Below are positions 22,790-40,055 of a stretch of 64,000 nt of DNA, piece after piece; position 1 is the stretch's first letter, and every line of letters begins with the position of its first letter. Source of the stretch: Chlorokybus atmophyticus. Lineage: Eukaryota > Plantae > Mesostigma and Chlorokybus algae. The stretch is taken from assembly GCA_009103225.1 (NCBI GenBank), contig RHPI01003753.1, forward strand, positions 148,610 through 212,609. Direction: 5' to 3'. The notes below the pieces were generated by a model. That model worked only from the letters and a program-made list of their open reading frames with translations. It was not told the DNA's origin and did not search any database. The translations under genes and the position numbers were made by a program.

Positions 22790-25466
22790 ATGACTGCTGC
22801 GATGGCAGCGACAGCGGCGCGAGCTTTGGGAGCTACCTCGCTGCTACCAGAGTCTACTGCAGCGGTGGCTGCTCGGAGGAGGGTGTCGCCGGCGGCGTCG
22901 GTGGGAGGAGCGGTATCCTCCTCCGTCGCCGCCACCGAGCTGGGCTCTGTGCAAAGGCGTGATGTAGCTGCGCTGAGGTGCGGCCCAGAAGCTGCCGGTG
23001 CAGTGCCTGCCTCCACCCAGGCCAGCAGGACGTCCAGGCGGCGCCAGGCGGTCGCCGCCCTAGCTGTCGAGGCGCCCTCCGCCGACGATGCCGCCGCCCC
23101 TGGTGATGTCTACCAGCAGAACCGCGTCGCTCGCGATGGCGTCCGCAACATCGCCATTATTGCTCATGTCGACCACGGCAAAACCACCCTTGTTGATGGC
23201 ATGCTGCGACAAGCCAAGGTGAGAAGTTGCGACTGGCATTGCCTGTGCTCCCCAAGCACAATGTGCATTGGCAATTTTGTTGACTTTTCAAGCTACCAGT
23301 GCAGAGTTTGAGCTGCTAGCACCACACTTGTGCTCATGCTTGTGCTTGTTTGGTGCTTACCAGCTTGCTGACGTCGAGCGCAATTTTCTTTCGAGCAGGT
23401 GTTTCGCGACAACCAGAAGGTTGCTGAGCGCATCATGGACAGCAATGACATTGAGCGCGAGCGCGGCATCACCATTTTGAGTAAGAACACAGCCATCACC
23501 TTCAAGGGCACCAAGATTAACATCATCGACACCCCCGGGCACGCTGACTTTGGTGGTGAGGTTGAGCGCATCCTCAACATGGTTGACGGGGTGTTGCTCC
23601 TTATCGATTCTGTTGAGGGCCCAATGCCTCAGACGCGCTTTGTTCTCAAGAAAGCTTTGGAGCTGGGTCATCGTGTAGTGCTTGTTGTCAACAAGGTGGG
23701 TTGCATGGCATTGTCTCTCCACCGCGTGAAAAACGGTAGTCAATGCTTACTGCACTGTATCTGAGTCAGCGAATCGGGTGTGCTTTGCAGGTTGACAGGC
23801 CGCAAGCGCGATGTGAGTTCGTGACAAACGCCGCTTTCGACTTGTTTTTGGAGTTGAATGCCAGTGAGGAGCAGTGCGAGTTTCCCATTGTTTACGCTTC
23901 AGGCGTTCAGGTACGACTTCTACCAACAATCTTGCACTGGACGATAGCTTGACAGTGCTTACCTCATTTGCTTACTTGTGGTAACTATGTTTACAGGGCA
24001 TCGCTGGCCTGTCATTGGACTCTATGGCGACAGATCTGCAGCCATTGTTTGAGACCATCATCGCCTCCGTTCCGCCGCCAATGGTTGATGTCAATGCGCC
24101 GATGCAGCTGCTGATCACCAACCTTGACTATGACGACCATAAGGGCAGGATTGCCATAGGCCGCGTGCATGCGGGCAGTGTGTCCAAGGGCCAGGATATC
24201 AAGATTGTCAAGCCAGGAGCTCCCCCCAGGTCGGGCAGAATCAGCGAGCTGTTTGTGTACAGCAACTTCAGCCGCGTGCCTGTTGACAGGGTCGAGGCCG
24301 GTGATATCTGTGCAATGACGGTGAGGATTGCTGCTTGTGTGACGCAAGGTCTCAGCTGCAACCACACGAGTGTGTTGTAACCGTGTGCCCTGGAGGCAAT
24401 GTTAAAATGGAGTTGTTGTTGCAGGGTCTCAGTGATGTCATGATTGGAGAAACTGTGGCAGACAAGCAGAACGCTGTTGCCCTCCCCACCATCACAGTTG
24501 AGGAGCCTACAGTGCGCATGACCTTCTGCATCAACACCTCCCCTTTTGCCGGTTAGTCTCCCATTCTAGTTCACGGGTGGTTAGTCCAGCATCTACAACA
24601 TCATTCTGAGTCATTGTTTTGGGATCTCAGGCCAAGAGGGCAAGTTCGTCACATCAAGGAACCTGCGTGAGCGGTTGTACAGGGAGCTCGAGAGAAATCT
24701 TGCCATGAAGATTGAGGATGGTGATACAGCTGATACCTTCATTGTGTCCGGACGTGGCACGCTCCACATTGGCATCCTCATTGAGAACATGAGGAGAGAA
24801 GGGTATGAGTTCTGCATTGGCCCGCCTCAGGTCATTACCAAGGAGGTGAACGGTAAGGTCCAGGAGCCATATGAAGAGGCGGTTGTGGAAGTCCCAGAGG
24901 AGTATGTGGGCCCTGTCGTGGACCTGTTGGGCCAGAGGAAGGGTGAGATGATCGACATGGCCCCGTGCACAACAGACGGCGCGTGCGTGGTGAAGTATCG
25001 CATCCCAACACGAGGGCTCCTTGGCCTGAGGAATGCCATGCTTACCGCCACACGCGGCACGGCCATCCTCAACACGGTGTTCTCACATTATGGTCCTTGG
25101 TGCGGTGACATCATCCTCAGGGAGAATGGCAGTCTCGTTGCCTTTGAGACAGGACAGACCACCTCATATGCCCTCTTGTCTGCGCAAGAGCGCGGCGCAC
25201 TGTTCTGTGGTCCTGGTCTTGACGTGTACAAGGGCCAGATTGTGGGCATTCACCAGCGGCAGGGTGATCTCGCCATCAACGTGTGCAAGAAGAAGCAGAT
25301 GACTAACATCCGCTCCAACAAGGAAGGCACGGTGACGCTAGCCGCAACCAGGAACTACTCCCTTGATGACGCCATCGAGTACATCAGCAACGACGAGATG
25401 GTGGAAGTCACGCCCAAGTCCATCCGCATGAAGAAGGTTGAGAAGGTCAACCCTAAGGCTCGGTAA
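22790..25466 (+). CDS. typA: Chloroplast TypA/BipA translational GTPase (SVR3-like), 6 exons
   Basis: Exons 22790-23218, 23399-23695, 23791-23910, 23997-24320, 24425-24551 and 24631-25466. Motifs [66 protein letters not shown] and EVTPKSIRM, plus a transit peptide. Confidence 0.97.
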
Positions 25467-27020
25467 TTTTAGATTGAAGTTGTATAAGTATACGCATGCA
25501 TTGGTGGTCTGTGCAGTTTGGGCACAGCCCGTTGTAATAGACTAGTATGGTATGGTATCAACTTAGCATGTCTCTCATGCCTGCAAAAGGCACACTTGAT
25601 GGTGTATGGCCGCAGCATCACTTGTCAGCACTAGCTGTGTATGAGGTGATTGGTGGAGATCATGCAAGCCTTTTTGTACCCCGCACACATGTGAAAGCAT
25701 CAAAAATACATCACAGTACTAGCAGCACACACCGGATAAGGAGACCCAGTTCAAGTCACTTGATTAGGCAACTAAAGTGGGAGGTGTTGCGCTCAGCAAT
25801 GCAGCCTTTGGCAGTGCTGAGCTGGAGTTGAAAGGAGCCGGCAGATGAATGGTGGAGGCGTGAATGTTGTGCAGACGAGTGGAAAAGGCAGTCAGTCTGC
25901 CTTGCCATAACAATGGTATGGTGAAGGTTGCTGACTAACGATCTGCACACGCAGGTATTTGCAATTGTGTATGACAAGCGGCATTGGGCAGTAGTGGTAG
26001 TAGTAATGATAATGGCAATGTGTTGTCGCGAGTGGTGAACATGTGTCTGCTCAAGTAGTAGCCGATCAAGCCTTGCTACCGTTCTCTTCGTGTGGGCCCT
26101 GGTGTGTAACCGCTCGTTGTGCCTCAGTGAGATGTACATATGAACGATTCGCCATGTTCCAATCAAGCAGGGGCAAAAACTCAGGAAGTCCGGGCTGCAA
26201 AGCACCAAAGACCTCCAAAATCGGCGTACGGAGGAAGCCCATTCTCCACTCGCCGTTGATTGATGTCACTGAGGTAATGGTGCGCTGTGTTTTGTATCAG
26301 AACACACAGCGCAACAGGATCATTGTCCCAAGTGGGTCGCGTCGGTTGATTATTCCTCTCCGCCCAGGCAGATTGCAAGCTCTGGAGCAATGAGCTATTG
26401 CCAACCTCGCAAGGACTGTTGCATGAAGTGGGCCAATATGTTTGCTATCATACAGCATGGTAGAAGGTTCACAGCATCTTCACATCTGTTACGCTTTTAG
26501 TGCATACCGCAGGTGCTGAATTTCTGTACACACATGTGACATGCCACTGCATCAACACAACCGGTGATGCTATAGAAGAGATCAACAGGCCACATGTTGT
26601 TATAAACTACCTCTGTGCACAGCATACCCGTACCTCACCCAGTCAGAAACCACTCCATGTAGCGTGTACCTGCAAGTGCCAGGAAGTACAAGCCATAGGT
26701 GCATTTAGCACCACAGTCAGCAGCTACAGAAGGCCTTTTTTCATCCCTCCCACATCCTCTAGGGTAGTAGCGTTGCTGTGATGTAGTAACTGTAGTAGCG
26801 TATACCGCCTGCTTGCAATTGGAGAGACGGCTGACAGAACTGACAGGAGCAAGGCCCATGTTGGCAGCATGGGGCCAGCACGGAAGGCACCTGGCAGGAG
26901 TAGTGTGGAAGGCGCTTGCAGTGTGCCTCTATTGCGCTCTGTACACAGGCATGCACGGTGCTGTATACACAACAGGTTACTGCATACCAATCTGACGAAC
27001 TCAAACATACCGCTACGCGG

Positions 27021-27721
27021 TTAACCAATGGCACCATACTGTTCTCGCACACTGCTCGACTGACACTTCTGCAAAAACTCAGCCTCAAACTGTTGTCTGA
27101 GCGCAAGAGCCTGTGCATAGGCGCTCAGATCCAGTCCATCGCACCGGCGCACAACTCTCGCCCACACCGCACCGTCTTTCACCTCCCCAATGACCTGGGC
27201 CACATGCATGATCAGGCATTGTACATGCCCAGTGGCGTGCCTCATACGTTATATGTATGGGATGGTTGGCAATGCATCGGACTTACGCCCGATGTAGATT
27301 GTTTAAACGTACATGTGTTGACTCCGCTTGCCCTCACCTGTGCTGTGGCGCCATCCCGTAGCGTTGCAAGCATGCCAGCGCCGACGTGGTCCAGCCTCAG
27401 CTTCACGCGTGCCGCCGGGGCGTTGCGAGCCCTTGCGGCAAACTAAGGATCGACAAAGTAAGCGCTGATGATGTCATGGTCAAGGATTCCAGCAGCAACG
27501 ACAAAAAGGAGGAGGAGCAGGACAACGACAACGGCGACGCCTACCTCGTCTTCCACAAGCTCCGCAGCCAGGTCGTGCGCAGGTGCGTTAGCAACGGCGG
27601 CGGCAGGAACAGCCCAGCGGAAGATGCCCGTCACGCGGAAAGAACAGACCTCGTCCGGCGCCCCGCTCGCCGCCGCTGCTGCCGCCGCCGCCACCGACAC
27701 GCAGGCGCCTGCCGCCAGCAT
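27021..27721 (-). CDS. TEN1: CST complex subunit TEN1 (OB fold), 3 exons
   Basis: Exons 27721-27545, 27442-27338 and 27194-27021. SFRVTG, LRDGATAQVIGEV and WARVVRRCDGLDLSAYAQALALRQQF align with plant TEN1 as I recall it (SLRVT, FRVGSIYQFIGEL, QARTGRNVDGIDMNLYRKTIELLRQF). The 3' end may splice further. Confidence 0.75.
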
Positions 27722-29456
27722 TGGGCGCCTCGGTGACAGACTTGGCGGGAAGCTTTGAATGGCAAGCGCCCTCTGCGCAGGTGTGTGAGGTGACTCTGTA
27801 AGGTGACACCAAGCCTAAAAGGAGCAAACATGAAGGGACAAACGATGCCGTGGATACTGCATTAGAGTCCCCCCTTTCGACACAGACTACACACATGGTC
27901 TTTGCTCCGCCTCCTATAAGTAAGGAATGCTTTCAATGGTGGCAGACCATGCTCAAAACTCTATGAAATAAAACATCATACCGCAAATGAAAGGGTAATA
28001 CACATATCGAAAGTACCGAAATCCCTAACAATGGAACACATGCGTGCACATATTTGCACATTTATGCTCACAAAAACAACACGAGTTGAAGGATACGCAC
28101 AATGCTTAGTGGAGTTGAATTCAGCCGCAACATTGGTCATGTCTTATAACATCATCCCAACAATTGAACACTTTCAACCATAAAAATATGACCTGATTAT
28201 CTGTCAATAGATGCCTTTTCAAATCAACACCAACGCGATAACAACAGATGTTGAAGTGTTTATATCATCAAGCTTGGCAGAAGTGTAACGTAGCAAGTGC
28301 AGAGGATGGCTCATGACATATATTGTTAGCTATTTTTAACCTATGACATTATGCGCAATGGTAGCTGTGCGGCATATTTATAATTATTACTTTCATGATC
28401 AACGGATTAGGCGTTTGGTTGTTACGGTAGCGGAGTATAGGAAAAATGTAGCACACATGTTTCACATTGAATTGTTTACTTTCGCTTTGCATCCAGATCT
28501 TAACACGCAAGAGTTGAATATAGCAAGCTCTCGTCAGAAAGGAATGTAAGAGTGCCTATGCAAATTAGAGGTGAAGCAAGCAAGCAAGCAAGCGCATAAG
28601 CATGACACCACGTGGGGGGCAAGGCAAAGTTTAACACGATACACGAAGGCAATTAGGCAATTAAGACCACTAGTCGTGTAAACCCTCAAGCAGCAGCATT
28701 TTGGGACGCAGCAAGCACATAGTAAGGGCAAGGACAACCTGCAGAGCGCAAGGGATCTGGAAGAGGCAAGGAGAGGTTGGGCCCGAGCTTAAGCTTAGCA
28801 GCGGCAAGCACAACATGGTCGTGGACGGACGGACGCCTAGACGGCCTGTCTCCTACGCCGCCTTGGTCGCATCCCACGTCTTATGGTGACAGATTCATTC
28901 ACTATTGGTATATGCATGGCAAAATACTCAATTTCATAAATTTGCTTAACGGTCTCAAGGTAAAGATAGTACTATCGTTAAAGAATGTGCTCTCATTCAT
29001 CACATCAAAAAAACATGCATTTCGAACCATGATATTGTTGGCGATTACTTGCCAAGTCAATAAGTTAAGAAACGCATACGAAGCAATGCAGACAGACATT
29101 GCACGCCACATTGTATGTACACAACACGCTGTTACATGGCACCTAGTACCGCTACAACCGCTGCACGGACATTTGATTGGCACGCGACCCCTCATGCATG
29201 ATTCTTGGAGCACACAAGTCCCCGATGCGTTGCTTGAACGGTTGACGGTTGCTCCGGCATAAGGCCTGATACAGCACTTCACATACCCTATACACACTCA
29301 TGAAAGCAGGTGCTTGCAGCAAGACAACTGCAGCAACTCAAACCGGAAGCAGTCGAAAACAGATTCAGCAGCATGATGCGACCGCAGTCGCAGAATTTAC
29401 CAATCGCAACTATATGACTTTGGTACAATTACAGAAACACAATAATAGCTGGCACA

Positions 29457-31755
29457 CTAAACCCTGGCGTGATCAGCAGTGGTTCCATGGTCTGGGCCAC
29501 CAACACGATACGCTAGTAGATAGTCGATGTTGATGCCTGCCATCCTGCGCGGTTCAAGTCCCAGATCTTTGAAGCCAAGAGCTGCAAGACATGTGCATTG
29601 TGAGCCCATAATTCTGCGTAAGCAATTGATATCCACGAGCATTGCAATACATGGATGCCTAAGCTGCAACGGTGAGTATGAAGCCCCAACTGCACTTGAG
29701 TACCACCTACCATCAGGGCTGACGACATGATCCACTTTAAGGGTGTCCATGTAATCCTTGAGAAGCAGAAGTGGGGCGTTGATGGGAAACGGCACTCTCG
29801 CTTGCGCCCATTCTCGTGGGGCAGCAAGCCACTGCCAGGACACATGTGTCAGTTCACTGCTGCTGGGGCTAACCCTATTCCCTGGCAGCATTGACAGCTC
29901 AAACACAGCTGCAGCATACTGTGTCATTTTACAAACCACTCAACAGCCAACGACACCTGCTACCCAACACACCTGGGCAAGCTCAATGGGAAGGTTCAGC
30001 ATGACAGGCTTCTCGCGAATTGTCTCAAAGGTAATGTTCACCTGCATAGACGATCATCACTACTACTCCAGACCATCAACAGAGGCCTCATAGACTGCAG
30101 GGCAAGCACGCGTACCAAGTCCTTGATTGTGAATGTTTCCGGACCTCCTAGTTCGTAAGTCTGCCCGACTGACGCCTCTGTGCCAAGCATCCCCATCACA
30201 GCAGCTGCAACGTCTCGCGCATGCACTGGCTGCATTCTGTGTGGACACGTCATAAGGATCCGCCAGCCAACAGAGCAAGTTTCACGGCCACACTACCAAA
30301 GTTACCCACTTTGTCCACCCTCCGTTGTAGATAGGGACAACGCCTAACTTCTTGAAGAAGATGGCAAATGCATTCAATAGCCGGTCCTCAACACCAAACA
30401 TATGAGCAGGCTTGAGAATTGTTGCCTGCATACACGGAGTCAGCAGCTGCTTGCAGCAGGGTGCGCAGTGGAACCGCACATCAGCTGGCTTCCAACAATT
30501 AATGTGACAGCGATGGCCAAATGCTCCCCGCAGAACCCCGGGAAGGCGGGGGGGGGGGGATAACAACCACAAGTTTAGATTGAGGCATGGTATTGTCGTG
30601 CAGACATACCCGTGGAAAATGGGACAAGACAGCCTGCTCTCCCTTTGCCTTGGTAACAAGTGATTGTGCTGGAGCATCCAGTGAGGCCTTCAGACAGGAG
30701 ACGTGCATCAACCTGTCAATGTTGCCGTGGCCTGCGCACATTCTGGCAATGCGCTCTGCAACCTCCACATGGACAGTCTGTGCAGAGCGACTTTCAGCTA
30801 CTACAACTCAACAGCGTACCATGAACATGCAATCCAACTGGGATTCACCTCAAAGGGGTAGTTCTTAGTTGGAAAATCGCGACCTATGCAGTTGATAACC
30901 ACATTGCTTGTTTTTATGGTGCGCCTGATAGACTCGTCACTGTGACAAGCACATTGTAATCAGGGTGACAGGTGATTTCAAAACTATTTTCTTGATGTTG
31001 CGCTTGTGGCATGCCGCATAGCGTCACAATGTGACACATCACTCACAAACACTTCGCTTTAGCTGGCAGTGTTACTGAGGTATTGAACATGTGATTCCTA
31101 ACACCGCACCAACGAGTACATGCCAGCCACTTTGTGCGCAATTAGAGTAATGGTTCGAAGCCGGCATTAGTCTATTGAGCAGAAGACATGGCGATAACCA
31201 CAGCGTCTGAATTAGTGTGCTCACAGTCGGAAGTTCGTTACAAACCACCAGTTTACTTGTTGACATGTAACGTTCAAGAAATAGCATCAAACCTTTTAGG
31301 GTTGAAATGTACAGGCACAATCTGTCCCAGATCGCCCATAAGCTTGAGGTGGCGCACTTCTTCATCGTTACCACGATACGGCACCAACACGCGAGTACCG
31401 CGGGTTGCCAACTCGTTCACAACGTACCTGCCCCACGCGCAAAATCGTTTCATTGTTAGCAAGCAGTAAGCGAAAAAGCGAGCAGAAGCAGACCACAATA
31501 CCTGCAATATACCATTATGTCTTACCTGCCCAAAAATCCCGTGCAGCCAAACACCGTCGCCTCTACCCCGGAAATGGACGAGCGCCCCCCAGGCCCTGAC
31601 CTAATGGGGTTGACGCCCCGGACGGCAAGTGTAGCGTGCGTCCGCAAGGAAGAAGGCAATGCGGCGGAGGTGGAAGAGGTAGAGGCGCAAGGCGCAACCT
31701 CCCCCACCCCCCTCCACGCCGCTGCCGCCGCCGCGGCGGCACCCCGCCTCCACAT
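29457..31755 (-). CDS. NDUFA9: Mitochondrial complex I 39-kDa subunit (SDR family), 9 exons
   Basis: [76 protein letters not shown] and YELGGPE. All junctions are GT-AG in frame from ATG 31755 to TAG 29457. Confidence 0.95.
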
Positions 31756-32248
31756 CGCCCAGGACCTCCTCAATGTCTTTCACAACCCTAACTTCACCAA
31801 TCAAGCCCTAAGTCCACGAACCGACCACCGACAGTCTGCGGTCGCATCTCCATGCGCCGAATGTCGGCGCTCAACCCGCGCCTCGCTTTCCAGGTCAGCG
31901 CAAGCTGGACGAACGGGGCGCTGCCGGCCGTGCGTTGCGGCTGAATCACCATCCTACGGCCGATGTTCCACTCACTTGCGCGAGGAATTCCTCACTTCGG
32001 ACGTCGATCTCTGCCCTCAACGTGATTTCAACCGTCGGATCAGGTCCATAAAACAGCTTGCTGACGCTAGCAAACAAGCTGCAGGCCACCCGTGATCTCT
32101 CGCCGTTTGCTGTCGGCGGTGGTTGCAAGGCTGCCGGAAGTACCTCAGGTTTGCACCGGTGGGGCTACATCAGCAACCGGTTTGATCAAGTGTTGCGACC
32201 GGGTGGGCGAGTCAGCTGCCGGCAGCGTTGGTGGCATTGGTGGCGGCA

Positions 32249-35200
32249 ATGGCGGGCATGGCGGCGGTGGCGGCGACGTCCTGTCCGTTCAGCTTGTCGT
32301 TCCGATCGTCGTCTTTGTGCGGGACGTCTCTGAGAGCGTCGTCTTCTCCCCGCCGCTCGCAACCGCGCCCTGCTGCTCAGTGGCGAGGAGCACGTGCGGA
32401 GGCTTTCAAGAAGGTGCAGCATGCATGCGTGCTGAGGCTCAAGCGCTGGTTGTGCGTTACTGACCGCTGGTCATCTCACTTCCGCTTGCAGGTGTTGATT
32501 GCTAACAGAGGGGAGATTGCTGTGAGGGTCATTCGCACTTGCAAGGAGCTCGGGTTGGAGACTGTTGCAGTGCATTCCACAGCGGACGCGCAGTCTTTGC
32601 ACGTGCAGCTTGCAGATGAGGCCGTCTGCATAGGTATTGCACAATGATATGTTATGTACACATTGGATGTCTTGGTAATTGCAGTCAACACGCTTGTCAG
32701 CCTTGATTGGCGTCACAATGCAACAAAGTCACGGTGCTCGCTCAGAATCACTGCAGTACGTGGTTATGAGAGAATCATGCTTGCCCGTACTCTGCTCGGT
32801 GTTTGTGACGTCATAACATCTTAACGACAATGCATTCTCGTCTTCACAGGCGGTGCCGCCTCCTCGGAATCGTACCTCAACATCCCCAACATCATCGCTG
32901 CGGCCATCTCTCGTGGAGCTCAAGTGGGTGCCCTTTGCAATGCAATTGCGCACACAGCATGGTCGTATACTGCTTCACATTGCTGGGCTCGTTCTTGAGT
33001 ACCGCACATGACACGCATGCTGTTGTATGGCGTGCATTCCAATGTGGTGGAGCAAAGTGGGCTCATTGCAGGCTGTTGTGACTGCAGGCACTTCACCCTG
33101 GCTATGGCTTCCTTTCTGAGAATGCCACATTCGTCGACATCTGCAACGACCACGGCATCGCCTTCATCGGCCCGAAGGTGCTGAGGACAGTGGATTCAAT
33201 GCATGTGTTGCAATGAGGGAGTGCATGTTGCATCTCTGTATTATCAACTCTCCATGTCAATGCATGTTTCAAGCTGCACGTGAGAGGCATGCATGCGGTT
33301 TGAGCTTCCAAAATTCAATCATTAACTGTTGCAACATTGCTGGCAGGCAAACAGCATTCGTGTGATGGGTGATAAGGCAACTGCACGTGAGACAATGAAG
33401 GCAGCCAATGTGCCCACCGTCCCGGGTACTGACGGTCTCATCCAATCCCAGGTGACAATCTGCGATTCCAATTGTGAGTACAGCAGTACCAATTGAAAAT
33501 CACGTGCAATACTATAGCTGTCAGCATGCATATAACAACAGGTGTATGCCTCTATTTGGGTTCTGTCAATTCTGCCTTGCACTTTGCAGGTGTCCACGGG
33601 TTGCTACCCAGACTAATATGCAGCTTCTGTGTTGTTATGACAACACAGGCGGATGCCTTGCGCTGGTCCGAGAAGATAGGCTTCCCCATCATGATCAAAG
33701 CCACTGCTGGTGGCGGTGGAAGGGGTATGAGGCTCTGTGAGGACCCGAAGGATTTCCTAAAACTGCTGCAGGTATACCATTCGCTCGTTCAGAAAATACA
33801 GTTAGTTTCATCACACAAGACGTGGGTTGTGCTTGTACTGAAAGTGGTTGTTTGTGTGTGTTGTGCCTTGATTGTCGTTGGCAGTGTGTTTTCGTTGTTG
33901 TTGTCGTCGTTGCTGTTGTTGTGTGTTGTGGTGGTGGTTGGTGGTCTGGTCTTTCTCTGCATCTGCATGCAGTGATGTTGGTGTACATAGGCTGCATCAG
34001 GCGAGGCGGAAGCGGCCTTTGGCAATGGTGGCGTTTACCTGGAACGCTATGTGAAGAACCCCCGCCATATTGAGTTCCAAGTATGTGACCCACACTGGCT
34101 GCGCCAGTGTGGGCAAGGCACTTTTGTTAACTACAAGTAGTGTATGACTTGTACATTGATTTTAACAAAAGCTGTGCATGTTGAGTCTTGATGGAGTGTG
34201 CAAGCCGCCATGCTTGTGTGCACTGATACAAGCATGTCTGTCGATGCAACAGGTGTTGGCGGACATGCATGGCAACTGCGTTCATCTTGGCGAGCGCGAT
34301 TGCTCGATTCAGCGCCGCAACCAGAAGCTGCTAGAGGAGGCACCATCACCTGCGCTCACACAGGAGTTGAGAGACGCCATGGGTGACGTAAGTAGTTTAA
34401 CCTCATCAGGACAACCTTGCAGTGGACATGCACGCAGCAACAACACTTTGCAATGCGGCAGTCATATTGGTGTTTGATTACAATATCAGCTGTTAGGGCT
34501 GCCATGTTCCACTGATTGACTTGTACGTTCAGGCTGCAGTGGCTGCAGCAAAGTCTATCGGTTACATCGGTGTTGGCACCATCGAGTTCTTGCTGTCTGA
34601 AAACGGCGAGTTCTTTTTTATGGAGATGAACACTCGTATTCAGGTGAGACCCAATGCAGGCATGAATAAAATGGTTCTCAGCCTTTTTCCTGGTTCAATT
34701 GAAGCAACCGCTTGCAGGTGGAGCACCCTGTTACAGAGATGATTGCATCAGTAGACTTGATAGAGGAGCAGATTCGCGTTGCACAGGTCAGTGTTGGTTT
34801 CCATGCATTGCACACAATGCGATGTGGTTGTCTGGATGCGTGCATCTGCAGCCCCGTGCAAGTGCTCCCATATCAAGCGTGCTAGGACGAACTCTGATTT
34901 TCTGAGTGTCACGCAGGGGCACCCTCTGAGGTTTAAGCAGGAGGACATCCAGCTGCGGGGTCATGCAATCGAGTGCCGTATCAACGCTGAGGATGCATTC
35001 AAGAACTTCAGGTGAGCAACACGTCGTCTGATAAATGGTAACCTGTTAACACGTTCTGCTCGCCTTGCACATGTTTTACTCGCCTTGCACATGGTAAGAT
35101 GTCCTGTTAAAATTGGGTTGCACGCCCGGCTGATTATACCTGTCCTTCTGTAACGCAGGCCGGGGCCAGGCAGAATAGTGGGTTACCTTCCACCAGGTGG

Positions 35201-36016
35201 CCCATATACGCGCATGGACTCACATGTGTATCCCGACTACCTTGTGCCTCCCAACTATGACTCGCTTCTTGGCAAGGTGAGCCTGGTACCAGTGCAGGAC
35301 GGGCATGTTTGCGAGGTGTTTTGTACATCAGCTGACTGTCAGCATGCACTTGTGTGTCTGTGCGTTTTAAAATAATGCATCCAGGAACATACATGGACGT
35401 ACACGCAGTGAAAGCAGCTTACCGTAGTCTTACCAGGCTTAACTGGTTTGTCGTGTGTACTCCAGCTGATTGTGTGGGGTAAGGATAGGCCAACTGCCAT
35501 TGAGCGCATGAAGAGGGCTTTGAACGAGACGGTCATCACTGGTATGTTTGCTACATGGCGCAGCTTAGTGCTGACTTCAATCGCGCAGTTGCCATGAATC
35601 TCATGGTTGGCACTTGTCAGGTGTCCCAACCACAATCGACTATCACAAGTTGATCCTGGACAACAAGGTAAGCAGGCAAATTAAGAACAATCAAAGGGTT
35701 ACAGTAGTAATTTGTCACAGGGGATAGCATAGGACAAATTCATAACCTGGTAACACTTGCAGGACTTCCGTGATGGCATTGTGGACACCGGCTTTATTGC
35801 TAAGCATGCGGACGAGCTATCAACGGTATGTATTGTTGTAGCGATGTGGGTGTCTGCGTGTGCTTAGAAACATGGCGGACTATATGTGCGGAGTCGTGTA
35901 ATTGTGTTGTCACAATGTCATCTTGTTGACACTGGGTACTGCAGCCGCCTGTGACCAAGCCAACCAGGAAGAAGATTGTGGAGAAGGCTGCAACGGCTGC
36001 TGCGCGCAGGCGATGA
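32249..36016 (+). CDS. accC: Biotin carboxylase subunit of plastid heteromeric acetyl-CoA carboxylase, 16 exons
   Basis: Transit exon 32249-32413, then [89 protein letters not shown] and YDSLLGKLIVWG. The stop is at 36014-36016. Confidence 0.97.
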
Positions 36017-37169
36017 GCTGTGCTATCTTAGCGTTATGATACATACAGCGTGTTCTGAGTAAGCAATAAACGTTGAGCAGTAATGGTATCTACCGATGTG
36101 GCAAAGCAAAGCATGCCTGTCGGCTACTAGCCTTGTTTGCTACCTGTGCCGTGTCAGTTGCAGCCAATAGCCCATGTGGCCTCGAAGTGTTGTGTCCTAT
36201 TCCTGCCACATCCATGTCGGTGTGGTGGCTGTGGTGGTATAGTACTGTGCTTGCTGTTGACTGGGTTTTGGTTTGTTGTGTTGGCTGTATAAGCTGTTGT
36301 AGACTGATTGTTGAGATTGTATACAGCCACGATTATGTGAATACTATCCAGTTTGCCGGTTTGATTGGTATCACAATCTCGAAACGATCTTGTGACAATG
36401 GGCAATTGAATGCATACCAACAATGGCGCACGCATATTTGCACCAGGCTGAGCATATAAGCTGATATGTACAGCAAATGCAAGACATGTTCATTGACAGT
36501 AGCGAATTCACAACGCTGTGAAGGTAGGAGCATATTAGGGCTATATGCTGTCGCTAAGTGCATGCAAGTGAGGTGGAGGGTGGGGCAGTCGTACAGTGGG
36601 CTGTTGTCAGGGTGGAGGTTGATGAGGTGCAAACTGAGTAGGAAACAGGTCACATCAAGCAGGCAGGTAGGGCGAAGTGGTAGGTGGCCATGTGTACATA
36701 CTGCGGGGAATATATATGATGTACAGCATGTGAAGCTTGCTGGCTAGGTTTGGGTGTGCAAGTAAGCTGTGCCACACATGATTGGGCATGTCTGGCACAG
36801 CGTATTTGATAGATGTAAGCCACATGGTTACAAACTGAATTATAATATCCTGAGCCAGTGAAGGTACATCCTTAAACTATCGCGTAGTTTCTCACTGCCA
36901 GTGCGTGCTAACAAACACCCAGAGCAGCGCTAGTGCCTGGGCAGCACATGAGATGCCAGAAGAATGCACTCAACCCATGGGATGAAAAGACAAGTAGCCA
37001 CAAAGACGGTGTTGTGTGAGCATGTGCAGCTCAGCATGTTAGACAAGGAAATGGGGACACGGGCTGGTGGAGACTTGGACCTTTTCTTAGCCATTGTAAT
37101 TACTACGGATATACAGCGCCACAGTTGATATCACACTGAAGTCAGTACGATCGTAACACAGTTGGTCCT

Positions 37170-39995
<2,826 letters not shown>

Positions 39996-40055
39996 GGCGA
40001 CAACCACGACAACAACTACGAGCAGGTGCGCAAGCATAAGCGCAGCAAAACCCTA
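39996..40055. promoter_or_regulatory. 60-nt spacer between the divergent UBA5 and GatC start codons, with a telo-box
   Basis: AAACCCTA at 40048-40055 abuts the GatC ATG (40056). The UBA5 ATG, in a GCCATGG context, is at 39995. Confidence 0.55.

Noticed and set aside
28776-28799. 21/24 match to 56684-56707
   Set aside because: About one such match is expected by chance in a 64-kb self-comparison, and it does not extend.
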